Shown: positions 59,501 to 64,000 of the stretch, in pieces
Position numbering within the stretch: position 1 is the first letter of the stretch
How the letters are laid out: every line of letters begins with the position of its first letter
NCBI GenBank assembly: GCA_963826115.1
Contig: CAWGVS010000005.1
Span: forward strand, 1,024,001-1,088,000
Direction of reading: 5' to 3'
Origin: an uncultured Candidatus Rokubacteria bacterium
GTDB lineage: Bacteria; Methylomirabilota; Methylomirabilia; Rokubacteriales; DASRDR01
DNA: 64,000 bases
Translations under genes and position numbers: made by a program
The notes under the pieces: generated by a model
Database searches by the model: none
What the model was told of the DNA's origin: nothing
What the model saw: only the letters and a program-made list of their open reading frames with translations

Positions 59501-59949
59501 TGGGCCAGCGGCGCACCGAACAGCGCCATGATCCCGTCGCCCATCACCTGGTTGACGGTGCCCTCGTAGCGGTGGACGGCCTCCATCATCCGCTCGAGCA
59601 CGGGATCCAGGAGCTTCCGTGCCTCCTCGGGGTCGCGGTCGGCGAGCAATTCCATCGAGCCCTTTAGATCGCCGAAGAGCACCGTCACCTGCTTCCGCTC
59701 GCCTTCGAGGGCACTCTTCGAGGTGAGGATCTTCTCGGCGAGGTGCTTCGGGGTGTAGGCCCCTGGTGAGCTGAAACGTGGCTGCGTCGAGGCCAGCTCG
59801 GCCAGCGGATGGGCGCACTCGGAGCAGAACTTCGCGGTCGGGGACGCCTGGGCGCCGCAATTCGCGCAGGTTCGGGCGAGAGGAGCGGCACATTCCTCGC
59901 AGAACTTCGCCTGCGGGCGATTCTCATGCTGGCACCGGGAGCATTTCAT
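56581..59949 (-). CDS. Double zinc ribbon/class III adenylate-guanylate cyclase/AAA (STAND)/TPR protein
   Basis: CxxC repeats, FGDLKGS, MGDG, HLAARME, GEPGVGKS, FEDLHWID, GNPFF, helical repeat C-terminus. Confidence 0.92.
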   Translation of the reverse strand: MKCSRCQHENRPQAKFCEECAAPLARTCANCGAQASPTAKFCSECAHPLAELASTQPRFSSPGAYTPKHLAEKILTSKSALEGERKQVTVLFGDLKGSMELLADRDPEEARKLLDPVLERMMEAVHRYEGTVNQVMGDGIMALFGAPLAHEDHAVRACYAALRMQERVKTYADEVRRSHAAVVKIRVGLNSGEVVVRAIGSDLRMDYTAVGQTTHLAARMEQLADPGAIVITPETLALAEGYVEVKSLGPVRVKGLEMLLEVYELTRAATVRSRFQAAAVRGLAQFVGRESELDQLRQALERARAGHGQVVALVGEPGVGKSRLFWEFSHSDRAEGWLILESGSVSYGKATNYLPLIELLRAYFQIESTDDARKIGEKVTGRLLSLDRQLEPCVFPILWLLDVPIEDEHWARLDPPQRRQRILDGVKRLLLRESQVQPLVVLFEDLHWIDAETQAFLDSLVESLPTARLLLLVNYRPEYRHGWGSKTYYRQLQINPLAPESAEALLDALLGNDTALAPLKRLVIERTEGNPFFVEESVRSLVETGVLAGERGAYRVTRIVQGLRVPATAQAMLAARIDRLDPEDKRLLQAAAVIGTDVPFSLLQAVADEPEDRLRQGLAQLQATEFLYETRLFPDLEYTFRHALTHEVAYGGLLQERRRELHARIVEAIETLHQDRLGAEIERLAHHAVRGELREKAVDYTRQAGLKAAARSALSDARVWFEQALGVLEALPESPSMLEQSFEIRLELRPVLNQLGEVQRVRDRLREAEALAERLNDDRRRGRAGAFVTMALNDLGELDDALVTGTRALAIAGRLGDVRLRILATSCLVEGHYYRGEYERVVELATGNLAALPADLASEYFGLAVPPSVLDRSYLAMSLAQLGRFIEAATYEADAIRLAEPTQHAHTVGWAHLAAGTLRLLKGDWPNARTLIEQWIAVVRPRNVVFQLPTAVASSAWALAQLGEASEALDRLREGERLLERQAARGFIAYRSWDYHSLGRAGLLLGRLDEAQRLADRAVESSPGQHGFAADARHLLGDIATHPDRLDADSGEAHYRRALELAEPRGMRPLVAHCHLGLGKLYRRTGDRPKAHEHLTAATNMYREMEMGFWLAQAEAALTERG

Positions 59950-60930
59950 GGGCCGGAGCTCCTCGACCGGGCAGCACTGCAAGCAGCAGAAGGCGGGGCT
60001 CCCGCTCCTTGCGGCAGGAGCTGATGACTGGAGCCAGAGAAGAACGCGGGAAGTCTGCAGCGCAAGATTAAGGAAGAGGGCCGTGTGCGAGCTAAGTCCC
60101 CGAATCCAGAAACGACCGAACGGCCCTCGCATGCATTCGTTGCCCAGTGCCTATCCAAGCCTGAGGGCCGTCGGAGGGCTGTAGTCGAAGAAGACGCCCC
60201 CGCACATCTCCTATGGCCAGGCGCCCAAACCTGTTGGCGGTCTCGACGGGCCAGGGGCAGTATCCGCGCGCATCGGATTCGACCAGGGTCTGCAGTGGCT
60301 ACGATGTTTCGGCGGGCCGACGGCAGAAGTATGGCCAGTCCGGAAGGTGGAACCTCGGCGAAAGAGACTTGATGCGACGCACGGCAAGATAAAGGCCGGG
60401 GCCTGATCCGCCTCAAGTCCGCGAATCTATGCACCATCGGAAGGCCCCGAAGCCGTTCGAGGGCGCGCCCTGTTTCGAGTGTCGGGGCCGCTCGGGGGCC
60501 GCGCTCACGGCCTAGAATCGCGTGGCGCCGAATGGCTCCATCGGCCTCGCTCGTGTGCTGCGACCTCCGCACTGCCCACACCATCGAGCCATAGCCGACC
60601 CTGTCGGCACAGGCTCTTGGCCGATGTCGCGAGAGGGTCTCGCCGAACCGCTTCACTTTGCGTCGCACCGCTGCACCTTGCCGCAGTCCGGCACCCCACC
60701 GAGGATCGTATCGACGGCGCGCTCCCCTCGCCAATCGCCGACTTGGCGCGAGGTTCGGGCACTCGCGACCGCCAAACCCACAACCTAGCATGCCTATTGG
60801 TAGCACGACCCGTACCGATATGAGTTCCGACCTGATCGCGTCCCCGGTGCCCCAGATCTCCCTTGCCTCGCGGCGGCGGCTTCGCTACCGTGCGAGGCAG
60901 CGTGGGGCTGGGCCGCGTCGGGGACATCCC

Positions 60931-61848
60931 ATGACGCTTGGACTCCCGGTCCTGTGGAGGAGGTACCTGTCCGAGTTGCGAATCGACCGAGCCGTGGCGG
61001 ACAGGACGCGCCGTGCCTACGAGACGGGCTGGAACTCCTTCGTGGCCACCTCGCGGTCGATGGGCTGGCGTCTCCGGGACGCCGGCGACATCAGCTACGA
61101 GCGGCTCCTGGAGTGGCAGCTCACCCTGAAGGAGGTGGGGAAGCAGGACTGGACCTGCCGGACGTACCTCATGGCCCTCAAGGGCTTCACCCGGTGGCTC
61201 AATACCAACGGGCACCTCGTCACCGACCCGGGCGCCCGGTTCCGCACCCCTCGGCTCAAGCGCACGATTCCGATCCTCCCTGCGTTCCACGACCTCGCCA
61301 CCCAGCTCGCCAGCGAACCGAGCCTCCGGAACCGCGCCATCCTCGCGATCGCGCTTTACGGGGGCCTTCGTGCCGCCGAGATCGCGGGGCTCCGTCGCGC
61401 CCACTTCGTGCCGGACCAGGGGCTCATCGGGTTCGTGGGCAAAGGCCAACGTCAGCGCTCGGTGGCACTTCCGCCCCAGGCGCTCGAGATCATCCAGATG
61501 TACCTGGCCACCAGCACAACGATCCATAACGGCGCCAATCGGAACGGCCACACCGTCCCTGCCGACTCGCCGCTCCTCCGCAAGGAGGACGGGAGCGGCG
61601 CCGGGCTCAGCTACCTCGTCATCAACCGCGTCATGACCCGCTGGACGCGGCGGCATCTCGGCGTCCGCCTCACCCCGCACAAGCTCCGCCACGCCTACGG
61701 CAAGCACTGCGTCGACCGCGGCGTCGACATCCGGATCATCGCCGAGGCGCTCGGTCACGAGTCGCTCGAATCGACCAAGATCTACACCCAGGTGTCCTTC
61801 GAGCGCACCCGCCGCATCGCCGAGTTATTTGCCCTCCCGGGGAGCTAA
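60931..61848 (+). CDS. Tyrosine recombinase/integrase (XerC/D-like), catalytically intact
   Basis: GGLRAAE (R), GKG (K), HKLRH, LGHES, TKIYT; start may be upstream (60820). Confidence 0.92.
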   Translation: MTLGLPVLWRRYLSELRIDRAVADRTRRAYETGWNSFVATSRSMGWRLRDAGDISYERLLEWQLTLKEVGKQDWTCRTYLMALKGFTRWLNTNGHLVTDPGARFRTPRLKRTIPILPAFHDLATQLASEPSLRNRAILAIALYGGLRAAEIAGLRRAHFVPDQGLIGFVGKGQRQRSVALPPQALEIIQMYLATSTTIHNGANRNGHTVPADSPLLRKEDGSGAGLSYLVINRVMTRWTRRHLGVRLTPHKLRHAYGKHCVDRGVDIRIIAEALGHESLESTKIYTQVSFERTRRIAELFALPGS

Positions 61849-61876
61849 ATAACCCGGTGCGAAATCGTCAACGAAA

Positions 61877-63295
61877 TCACCCGCCTAGCAAAGGGCGGAA
61901 CTTCCAGAAGTAGTTCGCGAGGCCGCCGCCCTCGTGGAAGCGGCGGAACGTGAGCTCGACCGGGACGTCGAACGTCACCGAGTCGGGGTCGGCGTCCGTC
62001 AGCTGGGTGTAGAAGCGGCCCCCGCCCTCGAGGTCCGCGGCCACCATGACCGTCGGCGGATCGGGCGACGGCACCAGGTGATCCTTGGTGAACGTGAAGA
62101 CGCGGCCGCGCCGGGAGAGCCGGTGCTCCACGAGCTCCTTGCCGGAGCAGCGCCAGCACACGCGCCGGCGGGGATACTGGATGGCCCCGCACGCCACGCA
62201 GCGCTGGCCGTAGAGGCGGAGGTCCTGGCGCTCCTCGCGCTCCATCACCGGGAGGCTCGTGAACGCCCGGATGGGATCGGTCTCGACCAACCGGCGGAAC
62301 TGGAGATACTTCCCGTAGTGCCGGAGCGGCCGCCCGGCGGCCACCTGGGCGGCGACGCCGCGGCTCCGGTCGAGGCGACGAACGGCGTCCGTCGCCTCGA
62401 AGAGGAGCGCGTCGGCGCCGGCGCCGTAGCCCACCACGAGGATCCGGTCGCCCGGCTCCGCCTCCTCGAGACACGCGGCGAGCGCCAGGATCGCCGCCGC
62501 CACGCCGGTGTTCCCGACGCGCGAGAGGAGCGAAACCCTCGGGAGCGCATCCTCGCCCAGGCCGATGCTGCGCAGGATCGGTCCGGCCAGGCGCGGGTCC
62601 GGCGCGTACACGGCCGCGCGGCGGATCTCGCGCGCCCCCACCCCGGTGTCGGCGAACAGGCGCCGCGCCGCCTCCGCCATCTGCCGCTCGTAGCCGTAGG
62701 CACGGACGAACGTGGGATCGCCCTGCTCGGGGAAGCGCGCGCCGGCAAGCCGCCAGACGTCGGAAAACTCGTGAGTGTGGGCGGCCGCGCCAACGAACCG
62801 CGCGAGTACGCCCGGCCCGGTCCCGAGCCGCACCGCAGCGGCCGCATCCCCCCAGACCGTCTCGAGCTCGCTGCCGGGGGGCGCCAGACGCATGTCGGCC
62901 GCGGCAACCATTGCCTCGCGCGCCGAGCCCGCGCGGACCGCGTCGAGGCCCAGCCGGAGTCCGGTCGTGCCGGCGCGGAGACTGCCCCCCAGGTCGGCGA
63001 CGGCGACGGAGGGCCCGCAGTCGAGCACGCTGGCGAGCACGGCGGCCGCCGATTTCTCCGCGTAGGGCGACGTCGTGCTGGCGAGCGCGACGAAGTCGAG
63101 GTGAGCGGCGCCCGCGGGCCCGAGCGCGGCGAGGCCCGCTTCCACGGCCATCGTGAGGCTGTCCTCGTCGTGGTTCGCGACCGCCCGCTCGCCCTGGCCC
63201 GGCCCGCCCCAGGCGCCGCCGAGGGTCTCGCCCGACAGCCGGTACCGCGGAACGTGCACCCCGATCCCGGTGATGCCGATCGGCGGGGCGCTCAC
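61877..63295 (-). CDS. HMG-CoA synthase/KAS III-like domain fused to DUF35 zinc-ribbon/OB-fold domain
   Basis: GVHVPRYRL, ERAVANHDEDSLTMAVEA, GDAAAA, VGNTG, GYGAGAD; CVAC...CWRC, VELTFRR...NYFWK. Confidence 0.88.
   Translation of the reverse strand: MSAPPIGITGIGVHVPRYRLSGETLGGAWGGPGQGERAVANHDEDSLTMAVEAGLAALGPAGAAHLDFVALASTTSPYAEKSAAAVLASVLDCGPSVAVADLGGSLRAGTTGLRLGLDAVRAGSAREAMVAAADMRLAPPGSELETVWGDAAAAVRLGTGPGVLARFVGAAAHTHEFSDVWRLAGARFPEQGDPTFVRAYGYERQMAEAARRLFADTGVGAREIRRAAVYAPDPRLAGPILRSIGLGEDALPRVSLLSRVGNTGVAAAILALAACLEEAEPGDRILVVGYGAGADALLFEATDAVRRLDRSRGVAAQVAAGRPLRHYGKYLQFRRLVETDPIRAFTSLPVMEREERQDLRLYGQRCVACGAIQYPRRRVCWRCSGKELVEHRLSRRGRVFTFTKDHLVPSPDPPTVMVAADLEGGGRFYTQLTDADPDSVTFDVPVELTFRRFHEGGGLANYFWKFRPLLGG
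61879..61910. repeat. Right attachment-site repeat forming the present 3' end of gene 61877-63295
   Basis: ACCCGCCTAGCAAAGGGCGGAACTTCCAGAAG; minus strand FWKFRPLLGG* with host-atypical codons CCT TTG CTA. Confidence 0.85.
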
Positions 63296-63329
63296 GGAGA
63301 CACCGGGGGAGTTCCCGCGTCGGACCGGG

Positions 63330-64000
63330 TCAGCGAGGCGGCCCCATCGTCGCGGCCGTGGCCGAGAGCGTCACGCTGACCGCGCTCTGTCGCGGCGCGG
63401 CGCCGCCCGCCTCGGGCGACTGCTTGACCACGTGGCCGTCGCGCGGTCCGATGACGGCTCCCAGGCGCAGCCCCGCCGCCTCGAGGTCGCGCGTCGCTGC
63501 GTCGAGCCGGGCTCCGACCAGGTTCGGCACGACGGCATCTCCTCGCCGCGCGGGATCCGGCGTGGGGTCCCCGCTCGCGCGCGTGGGGAGATTGGGCGGC
63601 GCCGCCCGCGCGCCCCGGGGCGCGCCCCCGCCCTCGGCCGTCGCGAGGCGCGCCTCGGCCAGGATCGCCCGGAGACGCTCCGCCTCCGTGCGCGTCCGGG
63701 CGGCCATGACCGCGGCCTCGTGGGCAGCGAGGAGCGCGTGCTGCTCGAGGGTGTCACGCCGGAGCAGGTCGGTGGTGGGCACGTCCGGGATCTTGGTCAC
63801 CTCGGCGAGGATCCCGAGCGCGTCGGTCGTGGCCGTCTGGGCGAGCCGCCGGTAGCCGCCCAGCGCCTGGTGCGCCGACTCGCTCTCGTCGAGGTACGGC
63901 TTGAGCGCGGGAGGCACCGGGTCGCGCTCGGGGGCGAGCGCCTTGATGAGGGCGAGGGTCTTCTCGCCCTCCTCGAACGCGGCGGTTGCCCCGTCGTCCG
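63330..64000 (-). CDS. PASTA-domain protein (partial, runs off window end)
   Basis: VPNLVGARLDAATRDLEAAGL...VVKQSPEAG...VSVTLS. Confidence 0.75.
   Translation of the reverse strand, partial: DDGATAAFEEGEKTLALIKALAPERDPVPPALKPYLDESESAHQALGGYRRLAQTATTDALGILAEVTKIPDVPTTDLLRRDTLEQHALLAAHEAAVMAARTRTEAERLRAILAEARLATAEGGGAPRGARAAPPNLPTRASGDPTPDPARRGDAVVPNLVGARLDAATRDLEAAGLRLGAVIGPRDGHVVKQSPEAGGAAPRQSAVSVTLSATAATMGPPR

Larger units (their letters stand above)
55811..61910. mobile_element. Integrative element (about 6.1 kb) inserted in the 3' end of an HMG-CoA-synthase-like/DUF35 gene
   Basis: Flanking direct repeats, intact tyrosine recombinase next to the right repeat, TA module, more AT-rich non-coding DNA. 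Confidence 0.82.

Noticed and set aside
60021-60045. CTGATGA resembling a hammerhead ribozyme core
   Set aside because: No correctly placed GAAA or stems I/III could be built.
1-64000. CRISPR array, tRNA or rRNA genes
   Set aside because: No regularly spaced repeats or tRNA/rRNA signatures recognised by eye; tRNAscan and Infernal were not run.

Overview
Very GC-rich bacterial chromosomal window. The gene repertoire (orphan ABC_sub_bind paralogues, STAND-type adenylate cyclases, many acyl-CoA enzymes) suggests Candidatus Rokubacteria/Methylomirabilota, which is an inference. About 60 CDS: a GT2-cupin-GT2 cluster, acyl-CoA catabolic genes, a hybrid histidine kinase, LVIVD protein plus LIV-type ABC transporter, a stress block (dedA, LigD split into three genes, DUF6496, cardiolipin synthase) with sigma54-type promoters, sugar and peptide ABC systems, and an accessory region at about 51.5-61.9 kb. 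Main result: a 6.1-kb integrative element (intact tyrosine recombinase, HicB-like/HicA toxin-antitoxin pair, STAND adenylate cyclase) bounded by 32-bp direct repeats (55811-55842 and 61879-61910). Both repeats encode the same C-terminal peptide FWKFRPLLGG of the adjacent HMG-CoA-synthase-like/DUF35 gene using synonymous codons, so the element targets and repairs a protein-coding 3' end. A remnant of a second integrase lies against the left repeat, followed by an array of orphan substrate-binding genes in which an unrelated methyltransferase has acquired the same 46-bp terminal sequence. Two single-base frameshifts (44904, 49605) may be real or sequencing errors. No tRNA, rRNA or CRISPR array was recognised.
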